A stretch of 64,000 nucleotides of DNA. Origin: Nemertoderma westbladi (taxonomy: Eukaryota > Animalia > Xenacoelomorpha). How positions within the stretch are numbered: the stretch's first letter is position 1; each line of letters starts with the position of its first letter. The notes beneath the pieces are model-generated. The model was not told the DNA's origin and ran no database searches. It saw nothing but the letters and a program-made list of their open reading frames with translations. Below, one piece after another: positions 21,361-33,705 of the stretch. The DNA is taken from assembly GCA_032718475.1 (NCBI GenBank), contig JAUCBJ010007700.1, positions 51,063 to 115,062 on the forward strand. The letters run 5' to 3'. A program made the position numbers and the translations under genes.

Positions 21361-23930
21361 CATCAGCGGCTGGTGCAGAAATACCAACATCGTTTGGGGT
21401 CGGTGCAGAAATATTGACAACGTTTGGGGTCGGTGCAGAAATACCAACATCGTCTGGGGTCGGTGCAGAAATACCAACAACTTTTGGGGTTGGTGCAGAA
21501 ATACCAACATCGTTTGGGGTCAGGGCAGAAATACCAACAACGTTTGGGGTCGGTGCAGAAATACCAACATCGTCTGGGGTCGGTGCAGAAATACCAACAA
21601 CTTTTGGGGTCGGTGCAGAAATACCAACATCGTTTGGGGTCGGTGCAGAAATACCAACATCGTTTGGGGTCGGTGCAGAAATACCAACAACGTTTGGGGT
21701 CGGTGCAGAAATACCACTACTACTACTAGGATCGGCTTGCTGCATTGCAGCTGCATTTTTAAGAATGCTGTGCCGGCTTGTCAACAAAATTGCACCGCCA
21801 CAACTCCCTATCACCCATGACATTTGCTAGATCATCCGCATCTTTAAGGCCAGTGTCCTTTAAGATGCGTCTCAAGAAAGTCATGGGCTGTCCACCATGC
21901 TTATTCACTCCATGAGGCTGCCAAAGTACAAGATTATGCACTGGCTGGTCCTCACGGCGAAAGCAATGTCCTGCAAAGCAGAGGCGATTTTGTTCTAGTG
22001 TCAAGCTTGGGGGAACCAATGAGACACCTCCAATGTTATATAGTGTCTGGTTGGAGATGTGTGCATTGTACCTGACACAATGAACCCGGCGTAGCATTCT
22101 TGTGAATGTGCCATCCAGAGATTTGGTGTCCTCAGCAGTTAGAGCCCAGCATGGACTCCCGTAGAGGAGTACTGGAACTACTGCTGCTCTAAATAATCGG
22201 ACCTTAAGTTTCCGATTAATTCTCGGTGATTTCCAAATCCTGGAAAGCCTATTCAAGGCTGTCCATGCCTTTCCCTTACGTATTCGAAGGTCCTCACCTG
22301 ACTTCCGGATCCATGATCCCAGGTAACAGAAGTCGTCCACATGCTCAAGCATACCATCCTTTGAGCTTATGCTCATCCGATCAGAGACTTGCTGAGGACT
22401 TTCAAAGTTAACAGTCAGAATTTTGGTCTTTCTGGAGTTAATAAAAAGACCAACACTAGAAGCAGCATGTTCTAATGAGCTGAGGAGCCGTTGGGCTCCC
22501 TCTAATGATTCTGAGAGTACTCCTAAGTCATCAGCAAAGTCTAGATCAGTTAGGTACTTGGCAGGATTTCCTCGACTTCTGGAGCCAGTAGGTGGAGTTA
22601 TCATCACCCCATCATCATTATGATGATCTAAGGACATGCGTAGAACATAGTCAACCACAATAATGAACAAGAATGGTGCAAGTGTGTCTCCTTGGAGGAC
22701 GCCCCATAACACTTCAAATGGTTCTGTGTCACCGTCAACAGTAGACACAAATGTTGTCGAACCATCGTATACTGATCTGATTGCTGCAATAAATTCATCA
22801 GGAATCCCATATAATGAAAGTATGCTGAACATACGTGAGCGAGAGACTGAATCAAAGGCCTTGAAGAAGTCAACAAAGATAACAGCCAGATGCCTGTCTT
22901 TCTTTTTTGATAATTCTTCAATTATCCTTCTAAGTGCCAAAATGGGCTCCATGGTCCCACGACCTTTACGGAACCCATTCTGATTTCCACGGAGCAGTCT
23001 CTCAATGGGATCCCTGATGCGATTTAATAGAATCCTATTGTATAGCTTTGCAGCAATCGAGATCAATGAGATTCCCCGAAAAGAACCATAGAGTGTTAGG
23101 TTGCCCTTCTTGGGAACTGGCACCAACTTATGTGTTTTCATTTCTTGTGGGACTCTTGTTGTTCGGTACATGTCTACTATGATGGGATAGATGAGCTTTA
23201 AACACTCAGGTATTTTAAAGACCTCAGGGGGAACACCATCTACTCCACTGGCACGATTGGTCTTAATGCTCTTTGCAGCAGCCTTCACTTCTGCAAAGGA
23301 GATATCGCCAATGGGAATATCTGGGAGTACAGACTCAGACACTTTTACTTCTATAAAGTTATCAGGCAATACCCTGTCATTATTGAGGAGCTTTTCAAAG
23401 TGGGCTTTCCAACCATTGAGGCGATCGGCTGGTGATTTAGCCTTAACCTTGGTGGTTGGTTGGCTTTTCCGCCCAGTAAGCAGATTGATTGACAGAAATA
23501 CCAACAACGTTTGGGGTCGGTGCAGAAATACCATCATCGTTTGGGGTCGGTGCAGAAATACCCACATCGTTTGGGGTCAGTGCAGAAAACCAATAACGTT
23601 TGGGGTCGGTGCAGAAATACCAACATAGTTTGGGGTCGGTGCAGAAATACCCACATCGTTTGGGGTCGGTGCAGAAATACCAACATCGTTTGGGGTCGGT
23701 GCAGAAATACCAACATCGTTTGGGGTCGGTGCAGAAATACCAACATCGTTTGGGGTCGGTGCAGAAATACCAACATCGTTTGGGGTCGGAGCAGAAATAC
23801 CAACATCGTTTGGGGTCGGTGCAGAAATACCAACATCGTTTGGGGTCGGTGCAGAAATACCAACATCGTTTGGGGTCGGTGCAGAAATACCAACATCGTT
23901 TGGGGTCGGTGCAGAAATAACGCTATGGGT
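21361..23930. repeat. 30-bp minisatellite interrupted by a LINE
   Basis: Unit CGGTGCAGAAATACCAACATCGTTTGGGGT, about 12 copies at 21361-21716 and about 14 at 23493-23930. Confidence 0.96.
21717..23492 (-). mobile_element. 5'-truncated RTE-clade LINE with an open reverse transcriptase frame (stop at 21759)
   Basis: RT motifs VPKKG..FRGISL, QNGFRKGR, FVDFFKAFDS, GVLQGDTLAPFLF, LDFADDL and YLGS. (TAG)n tail. TSD CAGAAATACCA at 21706-21716 and 23493-23503. No endonuclease domain left. Confidence 0.95.
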
Positions 23931-25644
23931 CGGTGTTGATTTACCAGAAGCATTGGAATCATTAGGGGGTATAGCCTTCCTCCGTAGAGGATATTGTTTG
24001 CGTGTGGCAGACATTGTTTACTTACACGAATATCAGTGCTTTGCTTTATATAAAATAAACAAACTGGCTTGCTACCAAGAGTCAAAAAAGTGTTTAAAAA
24101 AACTGTTCTTCTGATTCTTTGATCGATGAATTGCTTATAGATGACAAAACGGTATGGTACAGTAACACAACCTACTGGTAAACTCTTGTTACCTAAACTC
24201 TCATGGTTGTTTACCTAAACTGAAACTTTACAATATTATCATAACGCTTTGTGTAGTTTGTTAATGCCTGAATTGTTGATTTATGAATTAACTACCGGTA
24301 AACGGTAGCTGGCCGCGACAATTGCAAATGAATTGTTCAGACTAAATGACCGGTTAACTGTGTTTTGAAATATATCTAGAACATTTATTGAACATTGAAT
24401 TTGTAATCAAAACCGTCTATTTGAGAAAGATTTGATCTAGAGGTGGTCCAAAACCGTCTATCTCCAGATAGATGGTTTTGATAAATTAAACGAATTTCCG
24501 AAACAGAGATACACTGTTTTGATAAATTAATAATCATGGAGATCTTGCATCCTATTGGTCAGTTAATTTTTTTCGGTTAATTTTTCTCAGATAAATGGTT
24601 TTGATTAAAAATTGCTTCAAAAAATATCGAGATACACGGTTTTGGTCGCAAACTATTTTCTTTGCATTTGATTTTCAAGCTTCCGGGCCTGGATAGAAAG
24701 ATGCGCCTTGAAATTCTGATTCCAAATATATAAATATGTCATTTTCGTCAAAAATCGAGATACACGGTTTTGGAATATAAGGGCCGATCGCTGTACGTTT
24801 TAATAGAATTAAGCAACAAAAAAGTACCAATTTAAGAATAAAATTACGTATTACATGCGGGGAAAAAAACGTAGAACATTATTTTTTTCAATATTCTCTC
24901 GACCCTTTATTAACCTCGCTGACGTTCGGTAAATAAAATGCCTCGAGAATGAATAGTGAAAAAAGTTATACTTTTTCCCATGAAATAAATAATTAGGCCT
25001 ATTCTGCTCACTTCGCTCGCCACTCTGTTTTCTCACATCATTAAAAATAAATATAAAGTCAGCATATGTCAAGAAGAAGAAATATAGATAGAAGTCATAT
25101 ATAAACTTCTGTCAGGGAATTTTTTCAAAGCGTGAGGGAAATGTCAGGGAAAATTGAAACTGAAATAGAGTGGTAACGTCTCTGTTTTAATAGATTTGAA
25201 AGCCTGTCCTAGTCTCCTCAGTACCCCTGATCCATTGGACCTGCATAAGATTAGCTATATAATATGATATTGCCTTTTGGTTACATGCATTTTTAAAGTG
25301 CCAGATAAATTATTTGAATCTGTCACATATTTTTATGATTTCGGCTCATAATAACATTTTTGGTACAAAGTATTATTACTATAATTAATTAGCACATCAT
25401 AATTAAATTATAATTATATTATATAGGGTCTATTGTGATATTCGGTAACTTTTTAATAGGTAAAATATTATATTATAATGAGGAAAATGTATCAAAGTAA
25501 AGAAATTGGAAATTGATGTTTCCGTTGGAAATTGATGTTTTCGTTAGAAGTTGCCGTATCTTTAACATGCTCCCTCATTTGGTAGGCTAATGTTATTATT
25601 TATTGTTTTGTTGGAAATGAAATAATTGGAGTTGCGCTGTTAAG

Positions 25645-25931
25645 TAATGTAATATTATGGCTTTGTTGAGAAATGGAAACAATGAGGAAGCACGTATATT
25701 ATTTGTGGGGCGAGCCACGAAGTGAGTGAGCACGTATATTATTAGTACTTGCTTTCCTGTTACACTCGAAGCTAACATACAGTACTTGAGGCCGGTAGGT
25801 CCGCTGTGGCTGAACTGGTTAGCGCTAATGATGAGGACTGATATGCTGAAACGTACGTATAGCGCTGGTTCAACTCCCGCTGACTCTGTTCACTTTGTTC
25901 CATTTCTGAACAAAACCATTATATTACATTA
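25645..25931 (+). mobile_element. tRNA-headed element carrying a degenerate minimal hammerhead ribozyme (family 1, copy A)
   Basis: A-box TGGCTGAACTGG at 25807-25818 and B-box GGTTCAACTCC at 25867-25877. Between them: TTAGCGCTA-(a)TGATGA-13 nt-GAAA-C-GTAC-GTA-TAGCGCTGG. Homologous to 63070-63210. Confidence 0.75.
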
Positions 25932-26260
25932 TTGGTTAGAAATGCCTGTTTCTATAACTAAATATTCGCCCATAATTACAAGCAACAGTAAAAAAAATTA
26001 TAAATACAAGTAAGCTCAAATAGCGCTGCCATTTTGAAAACATTTGAGCTTCATCGATATAGATGAAAATACGTTACGTCTTATATATACAGTGTATATA
26101 CGTCTTTTTAAAAAAAATTGAAAAGACGCGATATATTGGGTATTATTTATTAGAGATCAATATAAAATCGGTTCAGGTCTGGCTTTAAGGCAACTCGTTG
26201 GAGAGAGGTAACGTGGAGGTCATAGCCATTAGCATTTCTGATAAGATGTCTAAGAATACT

Positions 26261-26338
26261 TACTACTACTACTAAGATCGGCATGCTGCATTGCAACTGC
26301 ATTTTTAAGAATGCTGTGCCGGCTTGTCGACAAAATTG
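26261..26338 (-). mobile_element. Extreme 3' end of the RTE LINE
   Basis: (TAC)n followed by a near-identical match to 21726-21792. Confidence 0.85.
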
Positions 26339-26895
26339 AAAATATATTTGGAGCTAAATAATTTTTTGGTGTGAAATCATCTAATTTTGGGTGGCATTCT
26401 ATTAGTGGCGTCTAAAAATACCTCTATATACCGCAAATTAATTTATTTTACTGAGCCTTAAAAACGTTTTAAAATTTTTCACACGAAAAATATTGGAGAA
26501 GGATGCCAGAATGGGACCACAGCTCGAAAACTAAAATAGCTATTGAATTACCGTTTGAGCTCTGTTGGATTAAGCCCATTACATTTTATTAAAAGTCACG
26601 AAATCGCGAGATTTTCGGAAGTCACGAGATTTCCCAACAAACCCGGTCTGATATATTATCGAAACCGTTGTGGGGCGATCACGAAATTCCCGGAACCTTA
26701 GCGAACTGACACTGTGGGTCAATAATGGCAAAAGTAATACTGTAGTTGTCGTCATTAATAATGGCAAATACTCGTCGGCAAACAGTTGTTTTGACATGCT
26801 AATAACTTTGTCGGATATAAGGCTGCCGAGTTGAAAATTTGTAGACATCAATTAGACCAAAAGTTGAGATTTTTTAGAGACTTTCCGTCACAATT

Positions 26896-27482
26896 TGTCT
26901 CTTTCATTTTCAAACAACCCAAATGACAAAATTGACTTTTCCTGTAAAACGGCATTTTTGATTCTATTTTTGTTTGAAAGTAATATTCCAGGATTTTTGT
27001 CTTATTTACTTTTAAATCAATTAAATGTAACGATTTTAATCGAAAACAGTTATGGTATTGGAATTATATAACATATTAGGTAGGATAAACAATGTATAGG
27101 GATATAGGTTGTTTCAAAAAAATATTATATTTTTTACAATGAAAGCATTAAAAGCCTTAAGACAAATTAGATTATTAAGTATTAAAAATATAAAACAAAT
27201 CTCCCTCAATCATAATAAACAACAATTCTAGCTCCTGATTAGTTGTTTCCTATTTTATATCAACGTTTCCTGGCCTTACCTTATTTATAATATTAAAATG
27301 TATTAAATAGGTTGTTTTAAAAAAAAATATTTATCATGCGGTCTACAATATCTCAGTTATACATGGGCCTATGGCCTTCTAAGTCAGTTAATCGGATTCA
27401 GAATACATTTTAGCATAAAGAAATGCAGCAATCTCCATTTCGGCAAAAATGGCATATAGGTGGTTTCAAAATGAAAGGGACG
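26896..27482. mobile_element. MITE with AATT TSD (Sola1-like)
   Basis: Imperfect TIR TGTCTCTTTCATTTTCAAACAACC versus GGTGGTTTCAAAATGAAAGGGACG, flanked by AATT on both sides. Confidence 0.7.
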
Positions 27483-27880
27483 AATTAGTCACCATCCACC
27501 ATCGCACAAATAGTGGCGCACATTGACCGCAAGTGAAAATAGTGTATAGTTTATTGTTTTGGTTAGAAAACACCGCCAATGTAACCTGCTCCTTTCCCTT
27601 TAATGTTTTCTATTTAATTAAACAAATTTTCAAAACCCTCTAAAATTGATTTACTGTTTGCGGTCATTTTGCGCCATCGCAACATCGATAAGCAGGATAC
27701 GTTCTTACGCTTATACTGCTGTACTGTTATAAGATCAGACGGTAATACTCTGGCTGTCTGGTACTGCGGTAGTTTGGTAGTACTGTCGGTTCGGTACGGT
27801 GGTAGTTTGCTGGTAATACAGCTATTGGTTAAACTTATAAAGATAACAGACAGACAGATACCGGTAGACAGGTCAATCAA

Positions 27881-28603
27881 ATGGCAGAGGAAATCGAGGT
27901 GCGCAGGAACCGTCCGGGAACGCGCCGGAAGGACTGGTGCAACTGGCCCAGCCAGAACTTCGACCAAATGGAATCGACGCTGGCGGTTCAGCAGTTCATA
28001 CAGCAGATGATACGGGAGGACGTTGGCGCGGTGGAACGCATACTGGACCTTCCGGAAGGGCAGGACGAGGGCGTCTGGAAATATGAACATTTACGCCAAT
28101 TCTGTCTCGAGTTGAACTCCCTGGCCGTCGCTCTGCAAGAGGAATGTCACCCAGAGACTTGTACGCAGATGACTGCGACCGAGCAATGGATATTCCTTTG
28201 CGCCGCGCACAAAACACCTAAAGAATGCCCGGCCATCGATTACACGCGTCACACTTTAGACGGCGCGGCCTGCCTGCTTAACAGCAACAAGTACTTCCCT
28301 TCCCGAGTCAGCATAAAGGAGTCCTCGGTCTCCAAGTTGGGCAGCGTTTGTCGTCGCGTTTACCGGATATTTTCGCACGCCTACTTCCACCACAGACCGC
28401 TCTTTGATGACTACGAGAATGAGACTTTTCTGTGTAAACGCTTTACTAGTTTCGTTTTAAAGTACGGTTTAATGTCTAAGGATAATCTAATCGTTCCGAT
28501 ACTAGAGGGACAGGAGGAAGTGATACCCGAGTCTGTACCTGACGATCAAATGGTACCGGTAATCAACGATAGTTTCAGCGATTCATCTTCCGCGGACTGT
28601 TGA
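27881..28603 (+). CDS. MOB4: MOB-like protein phocein / MOB4 (STRIPAK subunit), 240 aa, single coding exon
   Basis: [88 protein letters not shown] match the metazoan MOB4 signature. AATAAA near 28678. Confidence 0.98.
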   Translation: MAEEIEVRRNRPGTRRKDWCNWPSQNFDQMESTLAVQQFIQQMIREDVGAVERILDLPEGQDEGVWKYEHLRQFCLELNSLAVALQEECHPETCTQMTATEQWIFLCAAHKTPKECPAIDYTRHTLDGAACLLNSNKYFPSRVSIKESSVSKLGSVCRRVYRIFSHAYFHHRPLFDDYENETFLCKRFTSFVLKYGLMSKDNLIVPILEGQEEVIPESVPDDQMVPVINDSFSDSSSADC

Positions 28604-29284
28604 GCTCTTTGTTTGTTTACGAATTAACGAATTTATACTTTTCGCTCTATCACTAGCTAGAAGTTTAATAGCACATTAATAAATGTTTATTCATATTTAT
28701 TACATAGGCCTATTAAATAATAATATTTTCTAAATTCGTTTTTTGGTTGTTTACACATGAATGAATATTGTTTTCTGCTAAAATTTCCATGGGTTGGTCA
28801 GATATAATCACCTCACTCCAAAATATTACTCACCAATATGTAGGCAGAAAAACAAACGTCCAATACTAATATTATTAATGTTTTAGGTGAAGTATGCTGC
28901 GCCACATTTGATTATCCAATAATCAATCTGGATAATAATGTATATATCTGAAAATGAGTGCAATTTGCTCTTAAAGGGGGGGGTAGCATCCTTTTGGACT
29001 TGCTCCACGGTTTTGCTTATAGCAAGGACAATTTTGATTTCTAGACCACATTATTTGGTCCAAGGCTCCTACAGATGTTGCTCTTCACGTTTCTGGAAAA
29101 AAATTTATTTTTAATTAAAATGATTAAATTTTTAATCGAATTATTTACATTTTTAATTAAAATTAATTGAAACCCTAATGCTTTAGATCTACTTTCCATG
29201 GGAATGTAAGATTTGGTAATAATGCTTTCAATAAGGTATAAATTGAAAGCTTTCAGCTCTGATTTTGAAAATTTCCAAAAATGG

Positions 29285-29298
29285 CCACTAGGTGGCGC
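29285..29298 (+). promoter_or_regulatory. CTCF-consensus-like motif inside the Kolobok element
   Basis: CCACTAGGTGGCGC fits CCASYAGRKGGCRS. Sequence match only. Confidence 0.4.
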
Positions 29299-30046
29299 TA
29301 CAAATTTGCACATCAGTTGAACCGATCTTTTATTGGGAAAAACAAGATTGTTTTCAAATAATTTGAAAATTCTGACCTGGAAGTTTTGTCGAGAAGTGCG
29401 CTGCTGACATCATATCCAAAATTCAGATCAATAGCTTCAAAAATGACAGACTAGTAGGGTTTTGAAGATGAAAAAAAACCATTCTGAGATAAATGCCTTC
29501 AAAGTTCAAATGAAGAGATTTTTCAATATATTTTCGAAAGAATCACTTCTTTCGAAATGATTTCAACAGAATTTCCAACAAAAATATGCACAGGGGGGTT
29601 TTCGACACCGGGGAATAACATGGCCAGGTTATTTTTTCAATCCGATGTCCGTGTGTCCGTCTGTCCATCTGTCTGTCTCACTGACTGTGACCAGTAGCAT
29701 TGCAATTTAGCATGAATTCAGCTAAAAATATGAATAGATTTTCAGTAATGGAGAGAAGCATGGCAGGTTGTTTTTTAAATCCATGGGTTAGTTATGTGGA
29801 TCTGCTCTAGTCTTTTTGTCATTACAGACAGACAGACAGTCTGTCTGTCTGTCTGATATTTTGATCAATTATGATACACAGCTTGGCTGAATACAGTATA
29901 AAACAAAATAGCAAATAAACCATCTATTTGGCAATCACAGTTTTATTCATTCTGAAAAATACTGTATAATGTATAGGCCTCTAATCCTAAGCCAAATATA
30001 TAAACCCAAACACGATTTCATAGTCTTGAGGAACCTACTAGTGTTC

Positions 30047-32581
30047 TTACATAGCATCCCCGAAGCCACCTGGGATATATGCTTGGTCATCACCGGCTAG
30101 TAGACCAGCCTTCTTAGACTTGCTACCTTTCCTGGAGTATTTGGCACTTTTCAACTTTCGAATCGAGCCAGCGATCCTTCTACTGTCACTCCTCTGAGCC
30201 AACACCGTGGCTGCCGATGTTTTTTCGATAGTCTGTTTGGACAACTTGCCGAGGACAAGGTTCCTAGCTGTAGCACCTTCATTGAAGGCAAGGACTGCAG
30301 CTGCAACTGCTAAAGATATGCGCTGTCTACCCCAAAACTTATGTTTGGGAGCTCTTGCCCAGATGAGGCTATTGAAGGATTCACTAACGTTCTGCGTATA
30401 TCCGGGAACACACCGCCTGAGCAGGTTAATATCTGATAACCGTCTATACACAGGCAACAAAAGAGATAAGAATATTGGGTCCAAGTGGTAGTCTTTGTCT
30501 ATGTGTTTCCCATCCTTTTTGTATGAACACCAGTTTATTATCTGGGCAGAATTTATGGACATCTTCATCAGTTCCATGGCGTATCCCATGCCTAAACGAT
30601 GCTAGAATGTTTATCTTCATTGTCTGGACACACGCCGAAATTTCCACCTGGGTTCTAGCTGACCTGTCGATGGACGATCTAATGGCGTTGCCATAGTAAC
30701 GGCTCAGTCTTTCTATAGTTGATAGAGTCAGTCTATGCTTCGCACCACCAATAAACTTTCCATCTGCGAGTTTGCCCTTGTGTGAGTCCTTCAAATCGCG
30801 TAGAGCCTTTCCAAGTCTCTTCTTGACGTGGTTTACGCGTTTACACTGGACATCCCCAGTGTCATGCTTCGCCCAGATCGCCTTACCCGTGTCAGATTCA
30901 TTGAAGAGAAGTTTCTCCTTATTTGATTTCTTGCTGTAAGTTTCGCAATCGTTACAAGATCCGTATATATCAGCAACGGCATTGTATGCCGTTGAATCTC
31001 CATCACAGACTACAGATGTATAACTGAGTCCATGACTATCAGTGTCCTTTCCATCAACAGACTTCTGAAATAGTTCTATGGCTATGTCTGCTTCCATAGA
31101 CCCGCTACTGCTTGAGTATCTGCCTGGACATTGCGGTATATGGTTTTCCATAAATGAAATATATGACTCTGAGTCTTTAGGATATGGGGCAAATTCACAA
31201 GCATTGCAAATTTTATTTCTCATTGCGTAGTCTATAATTTTTCCAGTTGCCATCCCAATGACTGCTCCCACCCCACTGTTTGAGGTATGCCCACGGGTAC
31301 CCCATGTGCCATCGAAAGAGACAGTGACCTAAAACAATATAATTAGTGAAAGTGAAATTTATTCTCAACAATAACAATAATAGTAACAACAATTCACAAC
31401 TACACATACCGGTAGCTCGGCAATAAAAATATTCAAAGTATTATTTAGTACGATAAAAGTAGTGTGTAGTATTTATTCAGTATATAAATAGGAGTATTTA
31501 GTGAAGTATATAGAACAGTACATGAGTATTTATGTGATGTTGTATTTATTTATATATAACTTACGATATTACTACCGGTACATACATTATATATTCATAC
31601 TAGCTGATTAATACCCGTAGGCGTAGAGCCTAGGACAGTGTGCGTGTATGCAAAGATAAACAAACAAACACACACACAGACAACGACGACTTGCCACACA
31701 GCCTATACCACTCAGAGTACTCAATTATGTATTCTGTTGAATTTGTAGCCCAATCTGACAGGGGGAAAATAGATCGCTGATGTGTAGATGGACAAACACA
31801 CATACACACACATTTTTAACCACCCTATGGTACCCCATGTCCGACAAATGGACAGAGACAGACATTGGCGGCTGAACCGAGAATTATAGATCTACCGGTA
31901 TACAATATATTATTATCCTACATACAGTACAGTACTTACATCTGAACCAACTTTGAGCTTCAACGCCTTTCGCGCTTCACTCATCTTCTCCTCTGCCAGA
32001 TTAGACACAACTGCGTTGATCTTATTGATGTTGAATGTCCATGTTGAATTTGCTAATGTGCACGGCATTTCCAAGCATTGACAGATAGTGTATAAGGTTT
32101 CTATGCCGTTTCCAGTCTCACAAAGGCCATAGACCATTCGGCTATTCAAATCAGCAGAGTGCTGTTTATTGTAAACAGTATCATCTGTTCCATACTTTCC
32201 TTCAGCACACTGCAAAATATCGCTAAACTCACAATGTGAACACTGAAAATAAGCAACAGAGTCAATCCCGAGTGTAAGATGGGCCAACTGTTCGACCTTC
32301 AACTCTCCGGGGCACCCGCCGCTATTATGAGCACGTCCTACTAGGTCTGTGATATTCCGCATACTCATTATACGGTATCCAGTTGTACTGTTCGAGAATT
32401 CATTACAGTTGTTCGTATTATCTCCTAACTTGTCAGTACTCGCTGTTATTATCGTCTTGTTTACTTCTTCCACTAATTCGAAATTTGCGGACTCCACGGG
32501 ATGGCGTGACAGGTACTGCGCCTTCTGTAGTTCAACCTGTCGGCTCTTAGTAAGCCTTGATAAAGCTTTCAATCTCGGCAT
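30047..32581 (-). pseudogene. Kolobok (Mutator-like domain) DDE transposase; exons 32581-31940 and 31328-30047, frameshift near 30535
   Basis: A phase-0 GTAAGT..TTTTAG intron (31939-31329) joins VGSD to VTVSFDGTWGTRGHTS. Then VVCDGDS, NHVKKRLGKALR, YYGNAIR, a broken CP...WC motif and GYTQNVSESFNSLIWARAPK. Confidence 0.88.
31599..31891 (+). mobile_element. Helitron/Helentron-like non-autonomous repeat in the transposase intron
   Basis: ACTAGCTG...TACCCG start, ACAA/CA/ACAG microsatellite tracts and ATTATAGAT end. Confidence 0.5.
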
Positions 32582-33705
32582 TGCAGCTCTCAAATGTGGC
32601 AACACTAGGTACCGGTAGAACAACTGAATACAATTTGTATATAGCAAACTCCATGAATACTACAGTAGTTCAAATTTCCCGCCATGAAGAATAAGAGCTG
32701 GTACGGTAGTATGTAGCGTTAGGTCAAAGTCGAGTTAGGTCCATTTCTTTATTTGCTAACTTTGGATCTATATCTGAATCTTCGGGTCAAAATTTAGATC
32801 CAGTGGCATTAGTATTGTAATGCCAATGTCTATCGATCGGGCCAGGCGGTGAATCCGCCAATGACCCAAATTTAGCAAACAAAGATACGGAACCTACCAG
32901 TACTTGGACCTAACGGTGCACAACCCAGGAGCTCCATACTGTATGTTGAATTTTTGTAAAGTCGAAAATTGTTTAAAAAATGCGGATCTTCTTCCAAACT
33001 CCAGTAATATAAATAGTGCTATCTCAATAACTAAGCAAAATTTTGTAAAACGGATTGCAGATTCGGGTTCCCCATAAAATTTTGGACAATAATCAATAAA
33101 AAAAACGAAAATCATTTTTTTTTTCAAAAACGATGCTACCCCCCCCCCCCCCCCCCCCCCCCCTTAAACTGTGAAATTTGGATTTGGATTGTGAAACAAC
33201 ACGATTTTGTGAAAAAAAAAAAAAAAAAACGTTCAAAAAGGGTGTAAAATCAATGTAGTAAAATCTTATATACAAAGGGGAGAGCCCGGAATTTATCCCA
33301 GGGTGTAAAAATCATGTTTTCTATGAGAAATGAAGCAATAAGTCAGAAATTCCACCAAATTTATAGAGCCACATCATTATGGTTTTTCTTTCACCAAGAC
33401 CAACAAACGGAGACAAGCGCGAAATCGAGCAAAGGTCCGCGTCTACTAACGCATGAATTGTCTCCTTGAGTGGCTTACTACCAACCCTCAATCTACCTAT
33501 CAATATAAAATCACCGGAATGGGGGGGATTGAACTCTTACCCACCTAACTACCATGTACCTTGGGATATCTAAGCCATATCAATAATATTGATAATAATA
33601 TGGGGAATATTAATTGTTATATTAATATTAATTAAAATATTATGATAAAATAAAAAACTTAATGGTAAACTGAAAATGTAAACAAGCGAAACTTGTAACA
33701 AAAAT

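Larger units (their letters stand above)
20239..24786 (-). mobile_element. Sola-like DNA transposon, internally deleted
   Basis: 30-bp perfect TIR CGGCCCTTATATTCCAAAACCGTGTATCTC and 4-bp TSD ATCG (20235-20238, 24787-24790). The family X copy near 41235 carries ATCG once. A transposase-like C-terminal remnant lies inside. Confidence 0.8.
19770..24996 (+). mobile_element. Interspersed repeat family X, split by the Sola-like element
   Basis: 19975-20238 joined to 24791-24996 is collinear with about 40215-40659. Confidence 0.75.
19615..25181. mobile_element. Old hAT-like MITE split by nested insertions
   Basis: Left AGGGTTGCCACTC and degenerate right GAGTGGTAACGTCT, with TCAGGGAA subrepeats in both halves (19640-19720, 25110-25150). 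Confidence 0.6.
28975..33163 (-). mobile_element. Kolobok-type DNA transposon (decayed)
   Basis: TTAA on both flanks (28971-28974, 33164-33167), inverted termini (G)nTAGCATC / GATGCTA(C)n, and an internal transposase gene. Confidence 0.85.

Noticed and set aside
21281-24085. 30-bp repeats as a CRISPR array, or GISAPTPNDV repeat proteins
   Set aside because: Units are head-to-tail with no unique spacers, there are no cas genes and the context is eukaryotic. The ORFs arise from the repeat, including the false N-terminus added to the RT ORF.
25800-25885. Functional tRNA genes here and at 38175-38265, 40701-40770 and 63130-63205
   Set aside because: A and B boxes are present but cloverleafs are incomplete or interrupted and are followed by repeat bodies, so they were treated as SINE-like heads.
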